The notes: generated by a model not told the origin, from the letters alone. DNA of 64,000 nt from Takakia lepidozioides (GCA_030704615.1 CM060733.1:17918001-17982000), one strand, 5' to 3'; numbered from the stretch's first letter, positions 49,960-63,330 are shown. Numbers and translations: made by a program.

Positions 49960-50817
49960 AATGTAGCTCCGCAATCCGCGGAGTGTGTATTCGTCTGGGA
50001 CTTAGTTTTTTCTGCGGTTTCTTGTCCGTCTCCATCACCTCCTTCCCACCCTGTCCACAACCATCGCATTCTCGCTCCTTCTATGCGTATACAAGTTAGA
50101 GTGTCGCTCTTTATGCCGCATTGTCTTCTCCTTGAGGATTTAGTTGCTCTCATCGTTCTTCTATGCTCTCCGCCCTTAACTCCGTGGTTCTATATATTAA
50201 TTCCTGCTATTCGTCTCCGATTCTCCTTGCAGTAGTTCTGCCATTCTTTCATCATTTCTTGCTTCTCATTTTCTCGCCCAACTCCATCATCAGCTGATTG
50301 GCCTTGTCATCAGCTTCTCATCCTCTTTTGCTCTGGCTTCTCCTTGGTCGCCGCGCTCCTTCATTGCTCTTGTCCTTCTCCATTATTTCTCCTGTGCGAT
50401 GAAGTGCTCGGTTCCCTTTATTCGTGTGGAGTGAAGATCGTGAATATCTCCTTGCTGGCGTGGTTTATCATACATTATCTTCTCACTGTCTCTATCTGGT
50501 GGTTCTGCTCTGATTGTTTTGTCTGGGTTGTTTTTTTGCGGTCTTCTGGTCTTGTGCTTGTTCTGTATCTGTCTGCCTTTGGTTCTTCTCGTAAGTTTTA
50601 TGTGGTGGCTGGGTTGTGGCGATGGCTTTCCTTGGTGAGGGATCAGGGAGACGCGACAAAAGAGGTTATCTTTTCAGAGGCAAGGGGAGAGGCCATGGTT
50701 GGAGTTCACAATATGGTTCCTCAGAGAACACCTCCTCAACACTCCATCATCCCTGCTCGGTAAAGGGCCAGCCAGAGTATTGTCTTGATCTCCAGAGCCT
50801 GTGGACATGGTTATTTG
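49960..50817 (+). mobile_element. Probable LINE 5' UTR and start of ORF1 (may belong to the LINE at 52729-56757)
   Basis: Pyrimidine-rich leader starting ccgcaatccgcggag, similar to the 5' end of the 18450-27730 LINE (cgcagaacgcggag). A basic ORF (MAFLGEGSGRRDKRG...) is cut by the CACTA end. Confidence 0.4.
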
Positions 50818-51200
50818 CACTACAACAGATCGTGGTATTTATGAGTGTATATATGACTATTCTGTAGTCATAAACGGTACATATGACTTCTATGACTGTA
50901 AGTCGTGCAAACCAAGTCAATACAATGAGTACATGATGGTACGGTCCGGATGACTACAGTCATATGAATCAAGTGATATCTCTCACTGCAGTCATATATA
51001 CCATACTGCAGCCGCCGCTGCCGCGCCACGTGGCGAGGCGCAATTGATTTAAAAAATTAAATTAAATTAAATTAAAAAAAATAAAACATATGTCAAACGT
51101 CGAGTCGCACCGCATTGTGCCACATGACATAATGCATTTTATAATAATGAAAAAACCACGTGGCAGTCCATCTAGGGTACCACGTGCTATCCCTAGCTCG
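50818..51200 (+). mobile_element. Truncated CACTA end
   Basis: CACTACAA at 50818 followed by ATGACTA/TAGTCAT-type subterminal repeats; no right end seen. Confidence 0.65.
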
Positions 51201-51232
51201 CCTACTAACCCTAAGGCCATCTTGTCTTACTT

Positions 51233-52728
51233 ACTAAGTTATCGGGAGTTTATCAAATTACCAAGAGTAACTTGGGAAACTGCTCAAGAAGCTTCTTTTG
51301 GAAGAAACTTCTCCATCAAGATACCTCATTTGCTTAAGGAAGCTTCTCCATAAAAAAACTTTTGTTTAATCTTGGAAACTTCTCCATCAAGAAACCTCCA
51401 TAAGGGAAGCTTTTTAGGGAATTTCTTAGTAGCCAGTATATATAAGAGGCGAGACTGGATACTCTTCAGTCTCGCCAATACAAGTTCAAGCTACTCTTGT
51501 TTCCAGTCCCAGTACTCCAGTCCAGCTTCCAGTACTGTAGTCCAGTTTCTAGTATCTAGTACTCCAGTCCAGTTTCAAACATTCCAATATCCAAGTCAAG
51601 TTCCAGTATCTTGTACTCTTGTCCATTGTTATAAAAATAATCTTGATTCATGTATACCCATCATGCATTTGGCCACGCCGAGTCTTGTACCTCTAGTCTG
51701 ATCTCTTGTTTGTGTTCAGTCATGCTTGTCAGTTTGACGAGACTGAAGTTTGTTCCTTAGTTAGTTAAGATGGAAGACACATTTGCGGAAATGGTCGCCA
51801 TATTGCAGAGTCTTCAGCTCCAGATGCAAGAACTTCGTACATCTACTGCCCAATTACAAGCTGATCAGTCTCAAGATCTTGGCAACGTTCTCCACAATTT
51901 GCAACAACAAATTTCAGAGTTAAATGAGTCGAACAATGGATCTTCAACCATACGAGTCTCTACTGCAACAGCTCATACTGCAACGGTTCCTCTTCAACAC
52001 ATTATTAGAGAACCAAAGATCAGCATGCCCGAGAAATTTGATGGGACGAGATCAAGATTTCGCAGTTTTGTTCAACAAATACGACTGTTCCTACGACTAC
52101 ATCCACAACGCTACCTCGATAAAGGTATTCAAGTCGGATTCATAGGCACCCTTCTATCAGGCACTGCCCTATCTTGGTTTGCACTGCTATTAGAAAAAAA
52201 ATCGCATTTACTATACAATTTTGAAGCATTCATGTCCGAGTTCACTGCAACGTTTGAAGAAAATGATAGGGAGAGAGTTGCAGAGACAAAGATGCGAAAT
52301 CTTCGACAATGAGCACGTTCTGTTTCCGTTTATGCTGCCGAATTTTGACAACTTGCGGGCGACCTCGACTGGAATGAGAAGAGTCTCATTAGTCAGTTTC
52401 AATGTGGGCTAAAAGAGGATGTAAAAGATTTGTTGCTGATAATGCCAAACGTGAGCACATTGAGCGAATTCATCACCCAAGTCATTGCATGCGATAATCG
52501 TTTGTTCGAAAGACGTCAGGAGAAGTGATCTGGATGGTCGACGACGCATCATACCGCTGCTACTACGACACCAAACACAAAGATCCATCAGACATCTGGT
52601 AGTGATCCTATGCAGATTGATGCTGTCCGATTCAAGCCATTGACGCCACAAGAAAAAAGACGGCGCTCGAATGGATTATGCCTCTATTGTGGAGAAGAAG
52701 ATCACATAGCATTAAACTGCCCCAAAAA
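51233..52728 (+). mobile_element. Tcn1/Sushi-like Ty3/Gypsy: partial LTR and gag pseudogene (51770-52728)
   Basis: EPKISMPEKFDGTRSRFRSF...GTLLSGTALSWF...LR[Q*]..SVSVYAAEF..L..DLDWNE; PMQID...LTPQEKRRR...LCLYCGEEDHIALNCP (PEG10/Sushi-type gag signature). The LTR matches 8391-8990. Confidence 0.88.
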
Positions 52729-55700
52729 TGTCTCTTTCTACCTCCAGACCCTGCACCTTGCTTCACCCCTTATTAAATGCTTGAAGGTTTGCCAAAAGCG
52801 ATTAGAAAGAGGTTATCATGGGCCTCAAACTCTTGTTTCCTTGATGGAAGTTAAAGCCAAGCTTTCAGCTCTGCACCTTTCTAAGGACCGCTTCATGAGA
52901 ATGAAGGCTGAGATCAGTTGGTCGTTGAAAGGTGAAAAAATTAACCGTTATTTTTTTCTTAAAGCCCGACAAAGGATGGCTGGTCAGGGAATTAGTTGTT
53001 TATATGACAAGTCCATGGTCCCTTGCTCTCACCCAAAATTGCTTTCTTCCATTGCTAGAGATTATTTTTCAGCTCTTTTTTCTTCGGAGCCTGATTCTCC
53101 TGCCTCCTTGAATGCTGTAGTGTGCAGTATGATCCCCCCTCTACTCTCGCCAGGACAATCTGACTCTCTCAATGTGCCTTTCGAATTGATGGAATTATAG
53201 GATGCCCTCTAGAGCCTTAAAGTGCTTAAAGCCCCGGGGGTTGACGACATCCCGGTTGAATTCTTTGATGCGTTGTGGATGACTCTTGCTAAGGACTTCC
53301 TGTCCATGGCCAATGATATCTTCTTAAAGAAAATTATGCCCTCCCAAATGTCTTTGGGGGTTATTGCTCTTATATTTCAGAAAGGGGATAGGGCGGATAT
53401 AGCTAATTACCGCCCTATTACCCTCCTCAACTCTGCATATAAAGTTATTGCCAAGGCATTGGCTATGCGCCTTCAAAAACTGCTACCTGTCATGATTCGA
53501 CCGGCCCATACTGGCTTTGTGAAGAACCGGTTCATTCTGGACAATATTATCCTAGCCAATGAGGCCCTACATTTCGCTTTCGATTCTAATCAACCTCTTG
53601 CTATGTTGATGTAGGACTTTGAAAAAGCTTTTGATAGGATCAATTGGGGCTTCCTTCTTAAGGCTATCCAAGGTTCTGGGATCAACTGTAGCTTTCTTGA
53701 ATGGATCAAGATTATCTTGTTTTCAGGTTCCAGCAAAGTTTTAACCAATGGGTACCTCTCCTCTGCTTTTCCTCTTCAGCGTTCCGTCAGGCAGGGATGC
53801 CCTCTTTCTCCCTTCCTCTTGTTGATTTCGGCTGATTGCCTTGGTTACCTCATGGATACTCAAGTTAGGCTGGCTGGCCTCATCATCCCAGTTCCTGGTT
53901 CTCTTCCCTGTAATTTAAAAGTGTCCATGTATGTAGACGATACAGTTTTAAACTTTAGGAATGCTGACATCCAGAACATTAACCTGGGGCTTGAATCCTT
54001 GAACTTCTTTTGCCTTGCTTCTGGTTTTAAGGTGAATTGGGGAAAATCTGTAGGGATTCTCTCTTTGGGTGCAGCCGGGGCTGCGCATATTGCCCCCTTG
54101 GGGATTGGATCTTGGTTTGCGGTGGTTAGAAGATGGTGAATCCCACTCTCTGCTAGGCCATCTCATTGGTCACCACATCAGCTCTGAGGTCCGTTATCTG
54201 AAGGTGTTGTCTCACTTAAAGCAGCGCCTCGGTTTCTGGTGCTATGCCCAGCTCTCCCTGGCTGGTCGGGCCTTGATTGCCAATCAGGTTCTCTCTGCAT
54301 CTCTCTGGTTTATAGCGTCTATCTGGGATCCAGGCTCAGTTCTTCTGAAACACATTAAGTCTCTTATTCGGAACTTCTTATGGGGGGCTATAGATGCCAG
54401 GTCCTCTAAGAGAGCTCTGGTGGCTTGGGACCAGCTATGCTGCAAGAAAAGGGCTGGGGGGCTGGGCATTCTCGACATTGAGCGCCAGGTCTTGGCCTTA
54501 ATTGGGAAGTGGATCCCCCGATCATTTCTTCCTTTTGCTGGGCCCTGGAAGTTCCTCATTTGGAGGAACATTGCGAGATCTGCCCCGGCCTCCAGCTCTG
54601 ATTGGGTCCCATCCCTCAGGTGGTTGGTGCAGGGTGGTAAATATAATCGCAAGCAGCTCACTGGTTCGGATGCGTGGAAGGCAATCTGGAAGGCCTGGTT
54701 TTCCCTCAGGGAGTTCCTTTACCATGCCCCCTCATCTTTATGGGATGAAGTAATTAGGTAGCCCTTGTTTTTTAACATGCAACTAGATAATGAACTGATG
54801 GCAGATGGTTCTCCCCGCTAGGCAACATGGGAAGCTGCTGGCATCTGTAAGGTTCAGGACATCTGGTCCTCCACGGGTTTTTTAGTTCCTGGCGCCGGGG
54901 TTCTTTCTTTGCAGCGTTCAAGGTTGATTGCCGACTGGACCATTATTAGACAGGCGGTGCAAGACAGATGGGGGCCCCATCTCCTTTTGGGGAGGGAGTC
55001 TTGGCAGCCCCCAGCGTGGCGTGGCTGCCTATGGGGGGCAGCCTTGTGACATCATATACATCTCGTCGGTGGAAAACCAGGTTGTTTCGGGCCTTGGCTT
55101 CTCTGCTGATGTCAATGGCCTTCTGTCATGTGCCGGCCTGTTTAGTGCCAACAAAGGCTGCACCTATGCTGTCAGGATCATAGACCTTATAGCGGGAGTT
55201 GTCAACCCATTGTACAATGGGGCTGGCACCCTTCTCCAATGGGGCTCTTCCATCTCTGTTTTTTGGTTTCAAAGATCCCCTCTTTCCTTTCTCCCTTGGG
55301 ACCCCGGTGAGTGGAAGTGGTGCGTGAAGGATTCAGCCAACCCTTTTTTTTCTTACACTGCTAAACTTGGTTATTTGATGCAGGATTACCCTCTTCCAAT
55401 TAACTCCAAGTTATCCAGGAAGTGGGTGCACCTGGGGATCCGTCCCGAGGCCTGGCTTCACATCTGGTTAGATATTTGGCTCAAGCAAAGGGCTTCCAAG
55501 CATGCGGCGTTCCTTTGGAGGCTCTCTAACGGATTCTCCCTCTCTCTTTCTATCTTGAATCTCCTAATAATTGTTGCCTTTCTTGTTCCGGACAGGCAGT
55601 GGAAACACTCGAGCATTGTCTTGTCTCTTGCCCCTTCACCAGTCAGGTTTGGATGAAGTCATGGTCCCTCTACTGCCATTGGCGTAGGTTTGATTGGAGT

Positions 55701-56757
55701 GACCCCTTATTCTCTTGCTCAATTCCTCTAATTCCAAATTCTGGAGCTCTTGCCAGGTATGGAACAGCCTGAGGGCACTAACCCTATGGCATATATGGAA
55801 GGCTAGGTGTTCCTTGGTTTATGATCATAAACCAGTCAACTCCAAAGCCACTCTGCAGAATATTTTTTATGATCTTGTTATTGAGGGGCGTAAGTTGTGC
55901 GGGGTGTTGATGGATTCAGTTCTTAGATGTTCTGAGAGCAGAAGGACTGCCCAACTCGCGCAATTTGATGCTGAATGGGCTTTCCGTGGAGTTCTGTGCG
56001 AACGTGAAGGAGACACAGTCTCTTGGTCTTCTAGACCTCCAGTCGACTGGGGACTTCCCTAGTGCTCGGGCTTCCCCTGATTTTCCTGAAGACTGCGACA
56101 TCAACTGGAGACACAGGAAAAACAGGGATACAAAAGTCCGTGCTCATCTCAACTTCGAACCGATCAGACAGAAACACTGAGATATATTTTAGAATGGTAG
56201 CTGCTTGGGCCTGTTAGCTTTCTCATCTCTCGGGCTACACATCTTTGTTCCTTGATTCAGATCCCAGAACCTCTTGGTCTTCTGCCACTCTTTTGTTTCG
56301 CTGGTTTGTTCCTCATGGAGCCTGGGCTTTGGATAGGCTTTCAGATTGCTCATTTCAGAATGGATAGCCTATCTTGCTAGCTAGAACCCTAGTTTTGGAT
56401 GCATGCCTTCTCTCTTTATTGCAGGCTGAGTTTCTTTGGCTTCATGCGGTCCTCTCCTGTTAGGCTCCCCGCCTCCTTAAATGTGTTAGTTCCATTTACT
56501 TTGCCTCAGCTTGGTTGGAGGAGCTCTCTAAGTGGGTCTCTTAGTTTAGATCTGCCTCTGCAGCATGGTTTGCAGCTCGCTGGCCTTCCAGTAAACCATG
56601 GCCTGCTAATTAGAGCTTGGCCCTAGGTGCCAGTACATGGGTGCTACCCAATCACTTGCAATGTAAGCCTTATGGCCATCTGTCTTGGTTATTTTCTCCA
56701 AGACACCTTTAAAATGAATTACAAAGGGCCTCCGTCCCCCTTTGTTAAAAAAAAAAC
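52729..56757 (+). mobile_element. L1/Tx1-like LINE, ORF2 RT to 3' poly-A
   Basis: KAPGVDDIPVEF, NYRPITLLNSAYK, DFEKAFD, SVRQGCPLSP, MYVDDT, ETLEHCLVSCP; ends in an A-run at ~56746-56756. Confidence 0.93.
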
Positions 56758-58613
56758 CTGTTGGTATCGAGTATGAGCTAGTTATTTGTTTCATCACATC
56801 CACCTGTTTCCGGTATTGGTTGGGTCTCATTTTCTGATACCTGGTATTATTTTCATACCCTCCGGTTCCGGGTAACTTATTGATATGCTGTTGCAGAATT
56901 GATGCCCGCACAACACTGCTGCAATCCGTGACCACACTGAGCACTCGCTTCTACCAACGTACCTCTGCCTCCTCCTTCGCCCTAAAGCTACCAACGACTC
57001 CGGCCTGGGTCCTTTATCAATTTCTTATCTTTCCGTGCAGATTCAACTCCTCACGCCCTGGATGAACGAACATATGGACGAACGCTGCATCCGTGCGTCG
57101 TATTCATCGCACACGATATCGCACACGATGCCGTGCGTCGCCCCGGGCTCGCCAGGCGGCTTACCCCGCAGAGTCCCTAGAACGTAATTTATGGTGTCGT
57201 CCGCCTCACTATATTCCTCTGCTACTTAATTCTTGTGGAGTACTTATCCCCGGAAGTCGTCAGTAGCACAACGTGGCAGTCGTGGCTCAGTTGAGTTTCG
57301 CCACCGACCTACTGACACTCTACTCGGGAGTGGCGCACGTGGTGGACGAGAAACTGCTTCATCCATCCTCTTGACCATGGCTAAACTCTGGCTACCGACG
57401 GGATACCGCCGCCGTATTGCTGGAGCTATCTTAAAGTACAGGGGTATTCATCCAGTAGGTGGTCCAATTCAGGCACTAATACTGTGCTTGACTTTATGTG
57501 GGTGAAGCAGCATCATACATTTATGCACCGATGGGTTAGTTATCCCATATCGATTGCACCCATTCAAGGCTATCATTGACTATAAAGTGACGACTCCCAA
57601 GTCACAATGTCTAAGCAGCCAAAGATTAATTGAACTCTCCAAAAAAATCTCATCTGTTATGGCGGTACGTTACTAATAAGATGTCTGTAATATATGAATG
57701 AAGTTATTCTGTGGTATGCTGGCAGGGTAAGATAATAATAATAATAAATGAGAATTTGGCACGCGTCCATAAAGCCGAGCCGGTGCCAACTCCCTGAGTT
57801 CCCTCCCTCGCTCGCACTTGGCTTTGGTAAAACGCAGCCGCACTTTTCTCTGTACTTCCCCGCATTTTTTCTTTCACACGCGCTCGCGCTCTGTGCTTCT
57901 TGGACTGGATCATTGCCACCGACATCCTCGCTCTGTTTAAGCTTAGTCTTGTTTAGATTCCTCCATTGTGGTTGTGAATTGTCATGCGCCGTGTCTGGCT
58001 CTGTTCACGTTATCACTCTCCGAGTGTTCTCTACAACGCGCTTATTGTGTACACTTCAAGTCCGCTCATTCCTGTTTCGATACGCCATCTGTCGGTCTGA
58101 CTTCTAAGTTGTAACGATCTTGCAATCGCAGAGGCTTCAATTGTAGTCAGTACTTGGTGTTTAGCCTGTTCTTCAATTTAGACGACCTCACATGTCGAGT
58201 GCTGCCACATTGTGTCCACTCAGGGTCAAAGCAGCGGTATAGTTAGAGGTAGGTCAGGACTTTGTGTTGCAGTTTTCGGAAGGAGAGGCAGAACAGGGGA
58301 GGGACAGCGTTGGAGATACTCTTTTCTTTGACGTGAAATTTGTAGGTTGGAGGTCTGTTGGAGTGCAGAAGGGATCTTGATGCACATTTCTGTGATTAGT
58401 AGTTCGTACCAGCGGTGACCAAGGCCTTGCTTATGTTTTGTGTGGAATACAGCGGAATAGAAGAAGGGGTTGGAGGCCAAAGGCATTATAGGTAGATAAG
58501 AGGCTTTTAGTGGTCAAGGTAAGACAGGCTGGGAGAGGCGATTTGGAAGCTCATGACGGTAGGGTTGCAATCAAACACTGCTACGTCTAAAGATCTGTAG
58601 AAAGGAGATCGAC

Positions 58614-59750
58614 ATGGCAGACAAACTACTAGACTATCGGAGAATCGCCGTCAAAGGGATAACTGCGCTTGAACAAGCAGGGCGCTTCACTATTCGTGTG
58701 TTTGCTCAGGTATGGGATTATGATTTTCGATGTTAGGTGAGATGTTTTGCACGCGGAATCATTGTGAATTAGCACCGCCTTAAGCTATAATCTCTGATCG
58801 CGCCTTGCTAATGAATAAGTCGGCGTGTAACAGTAAAATGCCAAGCGCATGATGCCACCTAAAAGTCTTAAATTGCTTGAGGTCTAAACCCTGCACCTTC
58901 AGCATACTCTCTCCCTCGTGAATTGCTGTTTATGCAGGAAGTAGGTTCACAATGCGATGTTAATACGATCTCTCTTTAGTTCGGCCGTCTGGGATTGCTT
59001 TGGTGAGAATTGTAATGTTCTTGAAGGACGGGGTTGATCGCATCAGTCTCTTCCTGGACTACAAACATTACTGCGACCAATAATCGGGCATTTTTCGTAA
59101 ACCTCGTTTCAACTGTGCAGGTAGAAGGCTTGTGCAAGCAAAGCCTGGCTACACAAGGGGATGCGACATGTTGCTACATTTCTGTTGAAGACGCATGTGA
59201 AACGGGGTGCGCAGTTGCATGCGAGAGAGCTAGTCTAAATGCTAATTCCACTAATGCCTATCAGGTGTGCTGTTAGTTTGCTCTATTCATGTCCCCTGTC
59301 ATTTGATGTGTGCTTCCAAGGCATTGTCAGCCATTCTCTGGTTTGGTTGTTCGGAACAGGACTTCTCTAGGACGTGTGTGAAGGTTTGAATTTAGTTGCT
59401 TTATAGCTCACTGAGGAGCCCATTCGTACAGATAACCATGCATTAGCCTCAGGCAGATTGCAGCCATGGAGTTTCATTACTACCATCCCCCTTCCTTTGT
59501 GAGTAACTACATTTGCTTTCTACAGTTGAAAACCTCCTGCCACAATTGCACTCTAGTCTTCAGGGTGAGGTGAGTGTGCTTGAGCTCATGTTGATTGAGA
59601 AGGAGGCTTGTGAAGGTAGTCTCAAGGATTGCCAATGCTTATTCCTGTTGTATCTTGTCTCTCTTTCAGGATTGCCGCCAGGCATGTTTGCAGGCATGCG
59701 TTAGACCAGATCCAGCTGGAAAGTTTAGCACTATTGTTGTGAATAGTTGA
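58614..59750 (+). CDS. Small Cys-rich protein of unknown function (~106 aa; exons 58614-58709, 59121-59264, 59670-59750)
   Basis: Three phase-0 GT-AG-joined exons give MADKLLDYRRIAVKGITALEQAGRFTIRVFAQ|VEGLCKQSLATQGDATCCYISVEDACETGCAVACERASLNANSTNAYQ|DCRQACLQACVRPDPAGKFSTIVVNS*. A CT-rich 5'-UTR-like region follows cataaa at ~57770, and a further donor GTGAGT lies at 59755. Confidence 0.65.
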
Positions 59751-62349
59751 GATGGTGAGTGTTTCATATCTACTTGCACCCTTCATTCTGCAATGACTTG
59801 GGTGTGGTTTTTCCTGTGATTTTTTGACGTGGAATCTGTTTTTGTGGTTGTGGTTGCTGTATCTGACAGCTGAGTGTCTGATGCAGGTCTAGAGATCAAT
59901 TTCCACTGGCAAGCAACTCTGAAGCTGTGGTTTTAGGGGATGTTTCATCTGGCACATAGGACACTGTCCTTCCCTAAAAGATAGGAGAAGGATGTTGGCA
60001 GGCTACTACCGAATTATTCCATGCTACATCTGCTTGTAGACACTGTTCTCGAGTTAATCTCCGGCATAAGTTTTGGTTGATGAGAGCCTCTTCCAGACAT
60101 TATCTGCACCTTTAGTGACTAGCTGTGTATATGATAAACACATGGATTCAGTTATATACTTTGAACCCTCCCATTGATAGACAGCCTGCCTTCATGATGC
60201 TCTTAAAGTGCAATTGTATGCACAATCTGGCTTACTCTATGTTGGTTCCATGCTACTCTCAAGTCTGGGGTCTAAGGCGAAGTCTTCTCATGGCTTGTCG
60301 CCAGCCACATGTGCCCAGGCACACTGTAATATTACTTGGAAAATCTGAAAGGCAGTCTAGCTTAAGAGGTGGAACCTTTTCCTTAATGTGCAAGGATTGT
60401 ATGTATAGGGTAATGCCCTGAGTGGAGGGCATTCCCGGATTTAAGGGCCTGACCGGAAGGCCCGAAAATCCTGGAGTGCCCGACACGAGGAGCATTACCC
60501 TGCGTAAAGAAATGGGATGATTTCCTTATCTTTTCATCCTTCCTTTATGCTTTCTCCCCGCCAGTAGCTTGCCTTGAAAAAAGATCTTGCAGGTAAAGAT
60601 AAAGAAATACTCGTGTAATGCACCAGTGCATTACGCGAGAATGCACTGGTACTCGTGGGGCGGGCTCTTACGCTGGATAACGCGCAGAAATTTACAAAGA
60701 GCAACCAGCCCTAGTTCTTTACCACTAGTGATCATCTGCTCAATGATCAATGTGTTGGCCTTTGTAGTGAGTTTCACCAGAGGAAGCATGCCCAAACTAG
60801 ATTAAGAGTTGGCATTGCTCAAGGTGAGCCGCCTACTTGTTTTGTAATATTTATAAATGTAACATCAGTGAAAAGCAATTTGGCCCATCACATCTGGCTC
60901 TTTGCCTTACATGAAAATATCCGATGACTTGCTGACTGCATTGTCTCAAATCTCGTGTTTGGAACTTGTTTTGAGTACATGGCAGTTCTTTTCTACCTGA
61001 ATGTTTTGTACTGGTTTGCCTTGCAGCAGAAGGCTCTTAAGCAATGAAAATTTTGTTCTGTTGCTTCAGAGCAATTGATTTTCTATGTTGTTGCCCAAAA
61101 GTTGGAGGGGCTCCTAAGCAGGACGAGCAGAGTTATGTGTACAGTTCGGAAATCCCTGTTCACACTTTCCAAGACAGTCTGACTTGGAAAGTGAAGGTGG
61201 TTCAGACTGACTGTTCTCCTCCCCCTACTCTCCAAGGTTGAAATGCTCTTCCATCTTCTCATACAGGTATGTGTGGCGAGTGGTGCCAATACTGGAGAAG
61301 GACAATGTAGCTGCTCTGAGAAGGTGGAGGAGGAGTGGGTGGGGCCCGAGGGCAGGCTCGCAGCGACGTGGGCACTGTCATGCTGCAGGCAGCCAGGTAC
61401 TCACTAGTAAGTAACTACTCAACAAACTGACCTACATGTATTGACGGGACTGCCCTCGCACGAGGCTGGCGTGCCTGCATCCTATGCGTCGTGCCATCCA
61501 TGTGTCACTCTCTGTGCACTCTCTACTAAGTTTTGTAAGGTCCGGGGCTCAAATCTTTTGGACGCGCAACAGGTTTGAAACTCCAGTGTTCCCGCCATGG
61601 ACTCGGCGCTTGTCAAGCAGGTTCTTGCAAGACAAAAGTGTGTGGTGTAATGTGTAATCATCTGGGCAATGATAAGATGGGAGGGAGTGGGGCAGCTTCA
61701 CACACGTCAGCCATGGTTGCCATCCCCATTCGTAAAACACTGGCAAATGTTTTTCTTTGTAATTCAAGGAGCCTCCCTGGCCGCAAGGTTCCCCTGATTT
61801 ACGGGAAGTACCTTCCGCGTGTGGAAGGGTCCCTCCGATTTGTGGGGCAAGGAGCGGGAAAGAAAAATTTCCTCCTCAATTTTCGAGCACCAACTCGGGC
61901 TCCGCCCTCGTTGCCCGGTGCTCTCAAATTCAGGAAGGGCCTTGGGAACGACCCTTCCCTAATACAGAACTTTGAGCTTTAATGGCAAATTTTGAAGTGG
62001 GAGAGGGTAAGCGGGCCGATAAAAGTAGGTGGTTGTCTGAATCCGTCTGAATCCGTCATGTGCGGAAAACAAACAAAAGTTGAGGTGGCTCGTGACCAAA
62101 CTATCTCCACGTTGTCAGGGCCACTTTGGACTATTCGCCTGTCTCTGACCTCATATCTCAAGAGAGGATATCCACCGGATGCATGCCTCTCTCACTCTGC
62201 CATCGCGAGGCTGCATGCTACAGTTCAGGTAACGAACGAGGTTTTGATTACTGCTACCCATTCTCTTGGTGGGTTGGACGGCTACAAGCACCCACCACGG
62301 GGGCTCGTCTTCGCTACACCATTCAAGCCAAATGTGTGGACATATGAAG

Positions 62350-63330
62350 ACGCGAACAAAGTGGCCCGTGGCCGATGGTGGCTAGTGATGAGTGAATTTT
62401 GTGTCTTTGATGCATCCATAACCAGAGACGACAACAAGCGGCACTAAAAGCCTTAAAAATGCTGTGAGCATACTATAAATTCCCAAGATGAAGGGATGGT
62501 GGGTGGGTTAGAATGATGGTAAGGATCAGAGCAAACGTTTTGCAATAGGTTGTTCACCTGCGCACACGATTCACGTGCTTTCTTGTTCTGTTGTTATCAG
62601 GAATGTTGCTGGTCCCACAAAATTTCCCATTTTTGTCATTTCGACCAGCATACCACCAAGTTGTTACTACAGAGGTAGTCACGCAAGATGGCAGACTCAC
62701 AAAGAAATGCACATAAGCTTTGTATGTGTGGAACTAAGAAGCTCACAGGCGAGGTGAAGTGTAGCTGCTGGCCATCGTCCTCTGTAAAAGGGGTCACTCG
62801 AGCTCATGATGGCATATGCTTCAACTTTCTTCTCCCACAATGAAGAAAGTGGAAGATCCTTTGCAAATCAAAATACCATCAAGTTTTCAGTTCTTTTTAT
62901 ATGTACTACTTCTGTCTTGACGAAAGCAGATTTGGTCTTATACCTTATAATGTGGCAGTATCTCATCCTGCTGGAATCGCAGCAGATGTGAGTAAAGTTG
63001 ACACTCTGGGCCATATGTCACAACCCCTTGCCACCCTTGCAGAAACTAATGTATACCACTACTCTCCCAGACTCCCTTTCCAGAACAATAGGTGTCTGGC
63101 AGGCCTTGCAAAGCGTATGTTGACCATTCGGACTTGAAATCACACAAGTCACACTATAACCCAATAAATAAGAATGAGCGAATCTTTGCAATCTGTGGGG
63201 ATGCCTCTTATCATTCGCTGGTCCAGTTTCCAGATGAGACATATCAGTGTTCATATTTTCAACAAGCTACAAGTCTCGCTCCACAGTGGACAAGAAAACT
63301 AGCTGTCTATCTTTGCCATATAGTGTTGCA
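62350..63330 (+). repeat. ~1-kb dispersed duplication, copy 2 (copy 1 at ~14985-16045)
   Basis: Colinear match with scattered substitutions and indels. Confidence 0.9.

Noticed and set aside
52610-53200. 196-aa ORF fusing a gag zinc knuckle to LINE ORF2
   Set aside because: Chance in-frame junction at a deletion breakpoint between two decayed TEs; both partners have stops nearby.
56960-57075. Minus-strand exon-like segment with donor GTACGT as a possible first exon of the SDH gene
   Set aside because: No SDH-like coding content; cannot be supported without transcript data.
57130-57185. Helitron-like 3' end (GC-rich stretch followed by CTAG); a similar one lies at ~61380-61410
   Set aside because: Hairpins are weak, the first CTAG is not followed by T, and no 5' TC end or Rep/helicase was found.
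61992-62447. 151-aa ORF overlapping duplicate copy 2
   Set aside because: Non-ATG start, no motif, and the frame is not preserved in copy 1.
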